The notes beneath the pieces were generated by a model, which saw only the letters and a program-made list of their open reading frames with translations, searched no databases and was not told the origin of the DNA. A DNA stretch of 64,000 nucleotides from an uncultured Oligoflexia bacterium (GTDB lineage: Bacteria > Bdellovibrionota > UBA1018 > CAZJVD01): positions 420,241-484,240 of the forward strand of contig CAZJVD010000001.1 of NCBI GenBank assembly GCA_964549505.1, given 5' to 3'. Below, piece after piece: positions 1 through 10,900 of the stretch (its first letter is position 1; each line of letters opens with the position of its first letter). A program made the translations under genes and the position numbers.

Positions 1-93
1 GCCGCTCGACTTTCGCGCATGCACCGGTGCAGCCGCCAGCGTGGCGCAAAAAGAAAACACTACGGTTGTTCGACGAACCCCAATACACCCCAT
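1..93 (-). CDS. 5' end of another exported protein (runs off the left edge)
   Basis: Manual translation from ATG at 93: MGCIGVRRTTVVFSFCATLAAAPVHA|RKSSG, open to the edge. GGGGAG SD upstream; signal-peptide pattern with a VHA cleavage site. Absent from the ORF track. Confidence 0.7.
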   Translation of the reverse strand, partial: MGCIGVRRTTVVFSFCATLAAAPVHARKSSG

Positions 94-133
94 CGGTTCA
101 CTCCCCCTTTGGACCGATTAACCCCAGGCACCG

Positions 134-162
134 TGTATATCTAAGCGGTTCTATAAGGTCAA
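134..162 (-). promoter_or_regulatory. Putative sigma70-type promoter TTGACC-N17-TATACA
   Basis: Near-consensus -35/-10 with a 17-bp spacer, ~40 nt upstream of the ATG at 93. Confidence 0.5.
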
Positions 163-258
163 TTGAGCGACAAAACGAGAGAGTGCGAGCGACTTATAAG
201 TTCTTATATGTTTTCACGTGTTTTTGTGTGTTCTCGTGGGCGCGCACGCGGGCCGTGT

Positions 259-2283
259 TTACCAGACGGAGACCGCACGCCGCAGCAGCTTCATCGCCAT
301 TTCGTGAATAGCGGAGAGCGTGCTTTCGTCGAGCTGTGGGTTCGTCGGTACGTCTACAGTGGGGGCTGTCGTTGGCGGACTTTCTTCGCCCTTGTTTTCG
401 GGCGCGGGTGCCGGTTGGTCGGCGCCTTTAGTGCTGTCGGTTTTATCGGCGTCGGTGTTGCCGATGTCGTCTGTTTTAGGGGCGTCGCCTGTATCGGGCG
501 CATTACCTGTATCACCGGCTTTTGGCGTCGGATCGTTTTCTGGTACTGGCTGCGAGTTCGCAGCGCGAGCTTCGAAGTCCTTCTGTTGCTTGATCAACAC
601 TTCAACGCGAGCAAGAGGTGTGCTGATATTGGTGATATTTGCGGTGATGGATTGGATCGCAAGCTGTGAAGGCATCAGATGGGCAATCGTAACTTTCGAA
701 GCACCGTGCGCGTTCAAAACGTTTTTCCAGAGTTCTGGGCTGAGGCAGATGCCTTCAACAGTACATTTTCCTGTCTTGGGATCGACCGGACCGTCATAGA
801 TCGGCCTCTTAGCCGAAAACGTGTTAGCGAGCTCATTCAGGATACTGTTGCGAGCTTCGACATCTTCCAAAAAGTTTTGATGATCGGTGACCGTTTTACG
901 TAAATCTTCGATTCGTTTCGTGAGCGCTTGGTACTCGGGCTCTTGCGAAGACTTCTCTTTGTATTTCCGAACCAAGTCGCGGTGATTCGCGCGCGCCTCA
1001 TCCAGCTCTTCTCTCAGCGTCGAGGGATCCATCGCTGCAAGCTGCGCTGCCCGCGCTTCGGATTCAGCCGCCAGTATCACGACCGCAAGCCCCTGTGCTT
1101 GGTACAACGCCTTCATCGGATCCATGCGAACCCAGTCGTCTCGATCCGTCCAAAGATTAGGCACCCATTCGGTGAGGACGCTATAACCAGCGCCCAACAG
1201 GAACGCATCACCTGCAATAACGCGGTAACTGCGCTTTTCGAACATACGTGTGAGAGCGTTGACAGGCTTTTCGATCCAACCCACCAGACGATCACCACCC
1301 GACTGTGTCGCGCTTCGTGCAAGAAAAGCCTCGTAGCGAGCAGCATCGAGAGCGTCGCGGCTCATCTCTGCGACCTTGGCTTCGGCACTAACTTGAGCAC
1401 TGACATCGCGACTGATGCCCTTTGCCTTTGTGAGGGACGACCACCAATTGCCCAGACGGCGTGTTCCCTGGATCAGTCGTCGCGACGGCGAGAGATACTC
1501 CCAAAGCTCCGCGAGGGGTTTTCCACCGCGGAAACTGAGAAAATGTGTGGCAATCCCGGCCACGATCACGACTCCCATCCAGTCTGAAGAAACTTCAAGC
1601 ATTCGTCCGACGTTGACTCCGCCGATTTCTGATTTGCGGCTGATCGCGACGACTTCGGCGACGTCCACAAAAATCGGCCAGAGCGGTTTCCAGGACTCAG
1701 GCATGACGTAGGTCAAAATACCTAAGCGAAGAATGATGCTGTTGAATCGACCTTCGTTCGTGATCTCGGTCAATTCATGTCGAAGAATCTCTTGGTCATT
1801 CGCGATGAGCTTGTTTAGGGCATAGGGCGAAATTTTAGTGACATCGAGCTTGGGGTGCATCCCTGTGGCGATTTGCTGTAAGAGAACGACGCGGTCTGTG
1901 ACCAGCCGTGCGCGACAGAAAATTTTAGCACCGTAGTCGTTTGGGTCTTCAGCGGTTCCGGCGGGATCTTCTTTACCGTCACCCGTCATGTCGGGACCTA
2001 GGTAAGGGAGTGCGTCGTCGTTATCGAGATCGTCGCAATCTGTCTTATCAGCGACCAAACGTTTCATCTGGTCTTCGGTAAAAACAGTGTCGCGCCCGGG
2101 AAAATACTTTGGTTTCGGGGGCGGCTTCTCCTGCGGCAGCTCGGATGTTTGTGGAAGCGTTCTCGGGTTTGGATCATTGGTGCTGACGCTGATGCTCCGT
2201 GCCCACGAAAGCGTCGGCGACTGAAAATACGTGGCGGCAACCAGGACCGAGAAGACCAGCTTTGCAGCGCGTGAGGTACTCAT
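259..2283 (-). CDS. Exported helical protein (674 aa) with two internal hydrophobic segments, a coiled coil and an acidic/Pro-rich tail; paralog of 16299..17651
   Basis: Signal peptide (..PTLSWA|); hydrophobic WMGVVIVAGIATHFL and VIAGDAFLLGAGYSVL; ATGA overlap with the upstream 1431-aa gene. Confidence 0.85.
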   Translation of the reverse strand: MSTSRAAKLVFSVLVAATYFQSPTLSWARSISVSTNDPNPRTLPQTSELPQEKPPPKPKYFPGRDTVFTEDQMKRLVADKTDCDDLDNDDALPYLGPDMTGDGKEDPAGTAEDPNDYGAKIFCRARLVTDRVVLLQQIATGMHPKLDVTKISPYALNKLIANDQEILRHELTEITNEGRFNSIILRLGILTYVMPESWKPLWPIFVDVAEVVAISRKSEIGGVNVGRMLEVSSDWMGVVIVAGIATHFLSFRGGKPLAELWEYLSPSRRLIQGTRRLGNWWSSLTKAKGISRDVSAQVSAEAKVAEMSRDALDAARYEAFLARSATQSGGDRLVGWIEKPVNALTRMFEKRSYRVIAGDAFLLGAGYSVLTEWVPNLWTDRDDWVRMDPMKALYQAQGLAVVILAAESEARAAQLAAMDPSTLREELDEARANHRDLVRKYKEKSSQEPEYQALTKRIEDLRKTVTDHQNFLEDVEARNSILNELANTFSAKRPIYDGPVDPKTGKCTVEGICLSPELWKNVLNAHGASKVTIAHLMPSQLAIQSITANITNISTPLARVEVLIKQQKDFEARAANSQPVPENDPTPKAGDTGNAPDTGDAPKTDDIGNTDADKTDSTKGADQPAPAPENKGEESPPTTAPTVDVPTNPQLDESTLSAIHEMAMKLLRRAVSVW

Positions 2284-5200
2284 TTGAAGTCGTCCTCACT
2301 GTTTGGCTCAGCGGTTGATTCAGTAGCGGGCTCAGTCTGTAGCGCATCTTGTGGCACGCCTGCTTGCGGAGCGATTTGCGTGAGTGCGGCCCCAGCCACG
2401 AATTGTTTCATGTACTCCACGAGACCCGAGTGATCCTTTGCTGGCAGCAAGATATACCGACGTGTTCCGTCTGCAGCGTCGAAGGCGTACTGTTTCAGCG
2501 GACCGGGCATCGTTCCGGTTTCGTATCGGCCGCGATACCACCATTCTAGCCGACTCGTGTTCCCCGTCGCACTCCGCATGGCTTCGCGTTCAAGCGTCGC
2601 CAATGCGGAGTTTTCGAGTTCGGACTGCCCAATAAAATAACGAGCTGCTTGGCGCTTAGTCTGTAGCGCCGGAATCAATTCTTTTGCTGCGCGATCAGCA
2701 TACGCAAAGTCTGCCGTCGAGATTTCGCCCTTAGCAAGCTTGGTGTTGAGGTCCGTGATCGCCTTAGCAATCTCTTCTGGATCGAAGGTCGGATCGCGCT
2801 TCAGCGCCTCGAAGTGGCGTTTGTGCTGTATCAAAAAACCGATGGCATCGTTGTGTGCTTTGATGACTTCTCGGCCAAGCGTGCGCTCCGCCCAGTTGAT
2901 GCGCTCGATAGCTAAGGCCGAGTCGCCCGTGTTACCTGCGGCCCGCGCTGAGTTTCGCGCGGACTCTGCCAACGAGGACAGTCGGCCTGGGTTGTGAACG
3001 ATTTCGACGAGGTCGTTACGCGTGATCCGCAGTTCGTCGAGCGCTTTTGTAATGCGCGACTGACGGCGTGCGGCCTGATAGCGCCCGACGCGCTCGAAAA
3101 CCTTCGCAAACAGCGGCGAATCCGAAAACGGATTTGGAACCGTTCCCACGACAAAGAGTCCGTCGAGAAGCACGCGCCAGTAGTAACCGGTCGCCATGGA
3201 GTCCAGAGAGTTTTCGATCTCTCGCAACGTCTCATCGGCGGCCAATCCGCCCTTGTCGACGCTACTCAAGTACAGTTCCCACGCCTCTTCTTCTTTGTTC
3301 GGCTGTGTGACCCAGCGATCGTAACTATAAAATCCGAGATTGACGACGGTTCCGAGTGCCATCGACCCAATGACAGCCCGAGGAACGACGGCATTGAAAC
3401 TCGCCATATATCCCCGCCCCATGCCACCTAACCACGTCGCTTTTCCGAAAACACCGAATAGACCGGGTAGGTAGAGCAACATCATCTTCCGAACGTATTG
3501 GTCGTGAAACTGATAGAAAAAGTACTCGAGTTTTCCGGGCATGTTGGTCGCCCACTTTTCTTCTAAGTACATGTTCTTGAACTGCGGATGTTCGCTCAGG
3601 ACCATCTCCGACCAGAGTGGATTGTTCACCAGCACCTGTCGGCGCTCTTTGGTGAGTTCGTTAAAGTCGTGAGCCTCTGCGAGTGCATCGATCTGATCTT
3701 GAATATAGTTGTCCGTTACTTCGGACAAGGTGCCTTCGACCCATTGAGCGATTTCTGGAAGCTTCGCGTCCGGAATCGTCTCACCCGGTTTCAGCGGACC
3801 CACCTTCTCCGCAAGCTTTGTGTAAAGAGGGATTTGGTCGTCCTCGTCGTCGGTTGGATTGATAGGTGCGCGCAGCGGATGGTTCTCAGCAAAATACTTG
3901 TCCATCGCAGCTTGGCGGTAGACTTCAAAGCCGCTCTTGTCGCCCGTAAAGACCGTGTTAACAAATGAACCCCACCAGCCAGAGTCCAATGACTTGACGT
4001 CAGAGAGATAAAGCGTTTTCTGACCGGGGCGCTTCTTGCTGTCCTTCGGTTCGAGCGTGAGTCCCATGCGTTCGCCGAGCGCGAGCATGTCCAAGAGATC
4101 TTCGCGAGCTTCCAGATTTGCGCGCTGAGCGACGACCGAGTCTTTTTTCTTGTACTCACTCGGGAGTTTCTGAATATCGAGAACATTTCCAAGCGCGATC
4201 TTTCGGGCTTGAGCAACATCCACACGATAACCGTTGTGAATGATCACGGAGGTCGCATTCTCAAAACGACTCACGGCCGCTTCGACAAAGGCAGCGTAAC
4301 GCATCTGGGCCGTTTCCCAAGATCCACCCTGTGCGATCAGGTCGAAGACTTTCATCACATCGTCTGAGATCCCCGGAGCTTCATCCGGTGCGAGAGGTTT
4401 ATCTCCCAACTGTACCCAACCAATGAACCACCAATGCTTGGCTCTTTCACTGAGCGGACGATCATGGCGCTCAAACCCTGTTTTGAGCTCCGGATTGTTC
4501 ATTCGAATCGAGAAAACTTCCCAAAGAACATCCACGTCGACTTCGAGATCGTCGTCACTGGTCTTTTCAATCGCGTTGGCTTGCACCGCCGCTTCGGCCA
4601 TCGAGCGCGCACGCGCCAAGCGAACGTTTTCTTTCAGTAACGTTTCCGTACGCACGCGAGCGCGATCGATCCACTTTTTCAAGTAATCAGGCGCGATGCC
4701 TTGAGCAAACTCGACGGCGTGGTTATCTAAAACCTCGCGTAGAGCTTGGGAGCCACCGGAGAAAAGGCTCTCGAGACGTTCTTCGACAGCACGATCGACT
4801 TCTTTGAACGTTTCTTCATCCAAAGGCTTATCCGTCGGAATCAGAGACTTGATCCCCGCGGCCGTGCTGAAAGCCACATCGGCTTTCGCGCGAGCCATCA
4901 ACCACGCCAGGTGTTGTGCGAGCTCGTCGTCCGAAGTGAGCTGTGTGAGCGGAACCGGCCAAGGTTGCGCCATCACGATCTCGGCTTTTTCGCTTCGGAC
5001 GCCAAGGGCTTGTCTTAAAAACTGTTCGGTGTGGTTGATCTCTTCGAAAACCCAAAGATTGTACGTCTCTGTAATCGACGCTAACTCCTGAGGAGTCTTC
5101 TCTTTGTGATAAGTAGCGCCTTGTAAACGCCGAACCGTTTCGACCACTGCGGGCGTGCTGTAGGCCATCCCGGCCGGAAGCATGTCCTCCGGAAGCCAGT

Positions 5201-6575
5201 GATCGATGAAGTAGTTACGATTGTGTAGGGCGAGATCCTTTGGAAAGAGGTCGGCGGTCTCGACGAGTGCCTGTCGGAACGCTTTTTCGCGTTCGGACTC
5301 GAGCGAAAGCGCTGCTTTCACAAGCATCGGTCGCAGTGATTCGAGACGGGCATCTAGAGTCGGTAAGTTATCGGCGGTCGGTGTCTTACCCTGATACATC
5401 AGCGACAGAGCGGCCTGCCGAAAGAGCTCGATCAGACCGTAGTAACGATAAAGTTCAAAGAGCGAAGACGAGCTCATGGTGTTTGCGATGCGTTCGATCG
5501 CGATGCCGGTCAGATGATGTTCTGAGAAACCGACCTTCAGCGTGGCGTCTGGATTGCTCGGGATACCCTTGAAGTCGCGGATCACATGCGGACCGTCGCG
5601 CGAAAGTCCTAACTCTTGGATCTCTTTGAGCCCGGTCATGGTCTCGAGCGCGCGCAACGAGATCTCGAGATCGTACTTAGCGATCCAAGCCGTCGATGCG
5701 TCCAGGCCAATAAGCGCGCGCGTTCGCGCGAGCATGTCGAGATCTTTCCAGTACTCGATCATCTTTTCGTACGTCACCACAGGAGGAGAGAAAACCCCCT
5801 CGGGTGCGTTTGGCTCCGCCTTGACGGTTCGGTCAAAAAGATAGCGATTGATAGCGACCGCTTTGTCCGCGTCCGAAAGCTTTGGGTCAGCAATGTTCGG
5901 CGGAATCGTGAGCTCAGGAGTCTGTTTGGGTTTTTCCTTGGGATACGCAATGAATCGACTGGTGAGGTCCCGGAAAGGAGCGAAAACGGTTTTTTCGAAG
6001 TTCTCGATCGTATCGACAGTCGGCGGGCAGTTTTCCGAGAACCGCGGCGAGGAGCCTGGAGCCTTTGCGCAGGTGTAGAGCGTGTTGATCTGGTCGCGCA
6101 CCGAGGCAGCGTGTTTTCTCCAGAACTCATGATGGTTCGCGTTCACACGATGAAAATACTCATACTTGGCTAGAGCGAGACGTTCTCGGCCCAGCCTCGC
6201 CTTTTGCTCTTCTGTCGCCCACTTACCGTAAGCCTCGACCTCTGCCTCTAATTGCTGGTCAGGTGTGAGATAGGGGAAGGGAAAGTCCCAGCGCTGACTA
6301 TCATCTTCAGCCGCGGCTTCTTCTTTGTAGACGAGCTCGTCCAGAGACTGCGTCGAGACATAATAGCCATCGGGATACTCATCGGGCAGCTGCTGCGTCG
6401 CCGGCGAGCTTGGTGCCGCAGCTGGCGAGACACCAGGACTGAGCGCCTTCTCCGCAGGAGTTTTTTGAGGCGTACCGTCCTGCCGGGACCGAGGGGCACC
6501 GAAAGAAGGAAGAGCCAAGAGAATAATCAGTAGCAAACCAGTGTTCAACATCCGCTTTATAACCACAAAAACCAC
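2280..6575 (-). CDS. Giant exported protein (~1430 aa; ATG at 6551 also plausible) with C-proximal membrane segments and two J-like repeats; paralog of 17648..21772
   Basis: Long ORF; N-terminal signal peptide (LLLIILLALPSFG|A); about three hydrophobic segments at ~3140-3490; motif similarity to the 1374-aa protein. Confidence 0.9.
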   Translation of the reverse strand: MVFVVIKRMLNTGLLLIILLALPSFGAPRSRQDGTPQKTPAEKALSPGVSPAAAPSSPATQQLPDEYPDGYYVSTQSLDELVYKEEAAAEDDSQRWDFPFPYLTPDQQLEAEVEAYGKWATEEQKARLGRERLALAKYEYFHRVNANHHEFWRKHAASVRDQINTLYTCAKAPGSSPRFSENCPPTVDTIENFEKTVFAPFRDLTSRFIAYPKEKPKQTPELTIPPNIADPKLSDADKAVAINRYLFDRTVKAEPNAPEGVFSPPVVTYEKMIEYWKDLDMLARTRALIGLDASTAWIAKYDLEISLRALETMTGLKEIQELGLSRDGPHVIRDFKGIPSNPDATLKVGFSEHHLTGIAIERIANTMSSSSLFELYRYYGLIELFRQAALSLMYQGKTPTADNLPTLDARLESLRPMLVKAALSLESEREKAFRQALVETADLFPKDLALHNRNYFIDHWLPEDMLPAGMAYSTPAVVETVRRLQGATYHKEKTPQELASITETYNLWVFEEINHTEQFLRQALGVRSEKAEIVMAQPWPVPLTQLTSDDELAQHLAWLMARAKADVAFSTAAGIKSLIPTDKPLDEETFKEVDRAVEERLESLFSGGSQALREVLDNHAVEFAQGIAPDYLKKWIDRARVRTETLLKENVRLARARSMAEAAVQANAIEKTSDDDLEVDVDVLWEVFSIRMNNPELKTGFERHDRPLSERAKHWWFIGWVQLGDKPLAPDEAPGISDDVMKVFDLIAQGGSWETAQMRYAAFVEAAVSRFENATSVIIHNGYRVDVAQARKIALGNVLDIQKLPSEYKKKDSVVAQRANLEAREDLLDMLALGERMGLTLEPKDSKKRPGQKTLYLSDVKSLDSGWWGSFVNTVFTGDKSGFEVYRQAAMDKYFAENHPLRAPINPTDDEDDQIPLYTKLAEKVGPLKPGETIPDAKLPEIAQWVEGTLSEVTDNYIQDQIDALAEAHDFNELTKERRQVLVNNPLWSEMVLSEHPQFKNMYLEEKWATNMPGKLEYFFYQFHDQYVRKMMLLYLPGLFGVFGKATWLGGMGRGYMASFNAVVPRAVIGSMALGTVVNLGFYSYDRWVTQPNKEEEAWELYLSSVDKGGLAADETLREIENSLDSMATGYYWRVLLDGLFVVGTVPNPFSDSPLFAKVFERVGRYQAARRQSRITKALDELRITRNDLVEIVHNPGRLSSLAESARNSARAAGNTGDSALAIERINWAERTLGREVIKAHNDAIGFLIQHKRHFEALKRDPTFDPEEIAKAITDLNTKLAKGEISTADFAYADRAAKELIPALQTKRQAARYFIGQSELENSALATLEREAMRSATGNTSRLEWWYRGRYETGTMPGPLKQYAFDAADGTRRYILLPAKDHSGLVEYMKQFVAGAALTQIAPQAGVPQDALQTEPATESTAEPNSEDDFK

Positions 6576-6667
6576 ATGAACTGGTGAGGCTTATTCAATT
6601 GTCGGAGAAGAGAATCTAAGGTGGGAAGTACGAGCCAAAACTTTATAATCAAAACTTTTTCGCTCAC

Positions 6668-6696
6668 CCGGGAACCCATTTTGATTGGGTTCCCGG
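6668..6696. other. 11-bp inverted repeat (RNA hairpin) between the 306-aa and 1431-aa genes
   Basis: CCGGGAACCCA-N7-TGGGTTCCCGG. Confidence 0.6.
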
Positions 6697-6718
6697 ACTC
6701 GCGATTTTTCTAACTAGG

Positions 6719-6744
6719 AAAAAGGTCTTTTTTTAGAAAGACCT
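6719..6744 (-). terminator. Intrinsic terminator-like hairpin after the 306-aa gene
   Basis: Minus strand AGGTCTTT-loop-AAAGACCT followed by a T-run, ~20 nt after the stop at 6766. Confidence 0.55.
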
Positions 6745-6765
6745 GTGTAGGGACCAGAACCGTTA

Positions 6766-7686
6766 TTAGGTTCCAGCTCCTACTAAAGCATCTTGAGCAA
6801 CTTCTGCTGCTGCTTGATCGCCGCCTGGAAGGTCAACAGTCAAGCAAGCTTCTGCTTCGCGGCCTTCGTTTGCTGCTGCAACCTTGTTCGGGAGCAACAA
6901 CAAGCTAGCAAGGCTTGAACGATCGAAGATCTTAGCAACATGTTGGTTCTTTAAGAGGCCTTCCAAAACGTTTTGGAAAGCTGTGTTGCCGGGATTTTCG
7001 ATCACGTCAGCGAGAGCGAAAATAAGTGTCTTTGCATTTTGAGCAGCCTCTGGCGAAAAGCCTTCGCCACGAAGGCACTGCTCGAAAATTTTCAGGTCAA
7101 CGATCTGAATACCAAGACGCTTTTCAGCGGAAACGATAGCGTTTACAGCCGCATCGGTATTGTATGTACCCAAACCCGCGTCGCCCACTGCTGCAGTGAT
7201 AGCGTTACGAATCTGTGTTTCGCGATCTTGGCCAGCAACCGTGCTCGCTGCGATACCTGCTGCAGCGATCGATGCCGTACGGCTATAGCCTTCGACATGT
7301 TCGCTAGCAATGGCGCTCACAGCAGCTTCGAGCTTTCCAGCATCTTTCAAGCTGTATGCATCGACGCTTTTGACGGCCTTAACGAGTTTTTGAACTTTTG
7401 CTTGGAGAGCCGGATTACCTTTTACGGCTTTCAAGACGGCTGCGTTTCTCTTTGCGAGAGATTGCGAATAAGCAGCTGAACCGACTGCGCCCGCAACTGC
7501 TGGCAAGTTGCCAACGATCGAAACGAGAGCCGAGGAGTAAGCTGACGTACCGGCAACTGCTTCAGGAACAGCACCAAGCTCTTGCGCAAGCGTCAATGCT
7601 TGGACGCCTTGCGGAGCAGCTGAAGCAACATTGAAGTTTGCGACTGCCGCGATAACACCTAGAACAACGAGTGTATTGAATTTCAT
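6766..7686 (-). CDS. Exported Ala-rich helical protein (306 aa); paralog of 21782..22561
   Basis: Classic signal peptide MKFNTLVVLGVIAAVANFNVASA|A; shared motif KRxG..FE(Q/T)CL; many GCT/GCA/GTT codons. Confidence 0.9.
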   Translation of the reverse strand: MKFNTLVVLGVIAAVANFNVASAAPQGVQALTLAQELGAVPEAVAGTSAYSSALVSIVGNLPAVAGAVGSAAYSQSLAKRNAAVLKAVKGNPALQAKVQKLVKAVKSVDAYSLKDAGKLEAAVSAIASEHVEGYSRTASIAAAGIAASTVAGQDRETQIRNAITAAVGDAGLGTYNTDAAVNAIVSAEKRLGIQIVDLKIFEQCLRGEGFSPEAAQNAKTLIFALADVIENPGNTAFQNVLEGLLKNQHVAKIFDRSSLASLLLLPNKVAAANEGREAEACLTVDLPGGDQAAAEVAQDALVGAGT

Positions 7687-7931
7687 TTTGAATTACCCTT
7701 TCTTCCTAGTTAATACTTTCGAAGCGCCCCCACAATCGGACCGCGTCTCGCGCGGGGAACTCAGCGAAATTTCTGTTTCATATTTCATGAGCTCACCCCG
7801 GTCAAGTTATACAGAAAAAACCAGAAAGTGCCCAAGAAACTTTGCTGTATGCGGTGGCAGAATTTAGTCGAATCGCCGCTCAGTGTCAAATGATTTTTGC
7901 GGGAAATCATGAAATCACACATCCGCTACCC

Positions 7932-10900
7932 CTACCAATTGAACCAGAAGTCGCGCTGGTTCGTTGTGGCGTTCGTGTCGCCAACACGAAGGATCTTAAA
8001 CGAGCCGTGAAAGAAATCGATTGTAAAGGATTCTGAACCTTCAAACGCTTCATTGCCCTTCGTCGATGCCATATCTTCTATACGGTCGCGCACCCACACA
8101 TCAAGTTCTTCGAAAAAGCGATTCAGTTGTCCAGGGTGGCGTTGAGACTGAGCGGTGATCTCACGGATCGCGTCCTGTCCGAACAGGAGTTCGAAAGAAT
8201 ACTCGGTGTCCAGATGGTCCTTGAGGTGCTTTGCGGCGTTCTCAGTCACTTTCTTACTCCATGCATCGGCGGCCTCCTGCACCTTGGCACGAGCAGCACC
8301 AGCGCCCTCGTGGGTCGTAATGAGGAGCTGACCCTCATCGGTGGCAACAACCACGATCTTATCCCCTTTCCTAATCACACCACGTGCGAACAGGTCACTG
8401 ATCTGATTGTTCAGTTCTGCGCGTATAATATGTGCTGCGTTCCGGGCTCCCTCACCTTCGGCACTCATGCGCCGGGCGAGATTGTTGATGGTTCCGTCCG
8501 GCATTTCTATTTCGATACCAAGTGCCTTGACGAGATTGTGCGTCGACTTAAGGCGCTGACCAATGATCTTACGAAACGCATCCACATCCAGATCCTTAAA
8601 CGCCAGGATGCGATCGGGACCTGTGCGGTTTAGGTTTGCGTTCAGAAAGATCGTTCGTTCAAGCTCGAGCATTTCGAGCAGCTTGACTTGTGCCGCGCTG
8701 AACGTGAACAGTCCCTGCGTGATGCCTTCGCGGAAGGTTTTTAAGAGGTACTCGCGCTCCGCCGGGGATGGGTTGGCATAGGTACGTCCCCTTTCCGACT
8801 GTCCCGAGAGGCGATCTGAAATATCGCGACCGATACGGCGAGCCCGTTCTTCAAACTCTCTCGCCCAAGGTCCTGCACCTGGTTTTGCGCGTATTCCCGA
8901 GAGGACTCTTGCGAAATCAAGTTCGCTCGTGAGCAGCGTTTCTTTGAACTTATCAAAATAGACCTCGGGTTGGTACTTAACCTGTTGAGCTTGGTTTGTT
9001 GTGTAGATCACCATCACGTTCGAGATGTTGATCTTACGACCAGCGCCGTCTTCGATAACGTTTTCGTTACCCATTCTTTTGAAAAGTTCCATCGCCTCAG
9101 GGGGCCCGCCGTTGTAACGATCCGGCATGACCTCATCATACAAAATGATAGCGAACGGATATCGGTTGACGTGATCGGTGAGCTTTCCACCCTCGTGCTG
9201 AGCCGGGTTACCCGCCAACGAAAAGGTTGTTGGAAACTGTGACGCCTGCAGCGCAAGTAAGTTTTCGGGGTTTCCGTACAGAATCTCGTTGATCTTCTCT
9301 GCGAGGTAAGTTTTTCCTAAACCGGAATTCCCTAAAAACACGAACGATACGCGAAGGCCCTTTGTGCCAGCATCGCGACCCGCACTATGAACGGAGTGAT
9401 AAGCGGTCATGATTTCGCGTGCGACAGCTTTAACGACCTCCGGTTGTCCAAAGACGACTTCTGAAATCGCTTTCTCGAGGTTTTCGAGCCTGCCGTCGTC
9501 ATCAGCAGAAATCCGCTCGATCGGAATGTTCTTTCGAAGCGCAATGGCCTTGATGAGGTCGGGAACACCGATCTCAGCCGACGGACGTGCGACTTTATTG
9601 CCTCCGGCCTCCGCCTTTTCCACTGCTGTGATGGTTTCTTGAACACGCACGATCTGTTCGTGAATCTTTTCAAGGGGTCGATGGATCAAGGGGTTTTTCG
9701 CGGCGGCTACATATTCGGTCTCAAGAGCGAGTAATGTGCGTCGAAGAGCCACAGTGTCGCTCTGGGCGTCGAGTTCAGCGACAAGCGCTTCTTCTTCACG
9801 CTTGAGTCGCTCCACTGTAGCTTGTAGCTCTGTCAGACTTTCGAAAAGTATCCTGCTTCGTGGGCCCACATCGCGATCGGTAGACTGCTTGATCGATGCG
9901 ACAGCCGTTCTTGCGTCGGCCAAATGGGATCGAACCTCCTCAAGTTTACGCAACGGAGTACTGTTCTCGTAGAGTTTAAGGGCGATTGCATAATCCAAGA
10001 GTTCAATAGCGGCGTTCGGGAACGCACCACCAAGGTATTTCGATCCTAAGTTGTAGGCGGCATCGACTACTTTTTGAACAGATTCGGCGTCGTTTCCAAA
10101 GGAGATCCGATCATTGTAATGCGCACTCAAGCGGCCCATGTGAAACTCTAAAATCTGTTTGGTCTCGGCCTCCGTGGTCCAGCCGAGATAAATAGGGGCC
10201 ACCTTGTCCCGCAAGAAATCACTCTTCGCGGTGACCTTGTTGTAGTTTTCTATTGTGATCGTTGCGACGATTCGTAGATCCTTACTCTTGAAAATCCCTT
10301 CCATGAGCTGAATAAGATCGCTTGGGTTGTTCGACGAGGCACCTTTTCCTTGGAGGGACTCGAACTCGCGGATCACGAGTACGAGTTTCTTGTCTTGTTT
10401 GGCGGCTTCTTCAGCGGCCGCTTTAAGGTCTTCTTCGAGAGATTTAACGCGCTTTTCGATTTGCCCGACGATCCCGGCTCCGCCCGCGAGCAACTCGACA
10501 TCAAGCTCAATCACTTCAAGGGATGGGTCTTTTGCGAGCATGCGTGCAAGCGTGTTGCGTCCTGATCCACGTGGTCCCACGATGGCGACGTTGTTCATTT
10601 CGCTCGAAGCGAGCGCTGTTCGGATTCGATCCATTTCGGCTTTTCGTCCGATACCATCGGACATCGCGGTCGTGATCCTGCGTGTGAACTTTGTAAGAGC
10701 TTCACCCGGGGAAAACTTTTCGTTAACGCTGTCTCCAGACTTGGTTTCTGTGCCTGCGCGGCTTGTAGCAGTGCCATCCGTCTTGCCCTGTGCGGTTCGA
10801 CCGCTCTCCCCCGGCTTTGACGTCGCTCCGACAATCGGAACATCATCTAACTCGACAATTCGATTCTTAATCTGACTAACGGATAAACCATTGGTCTCGA

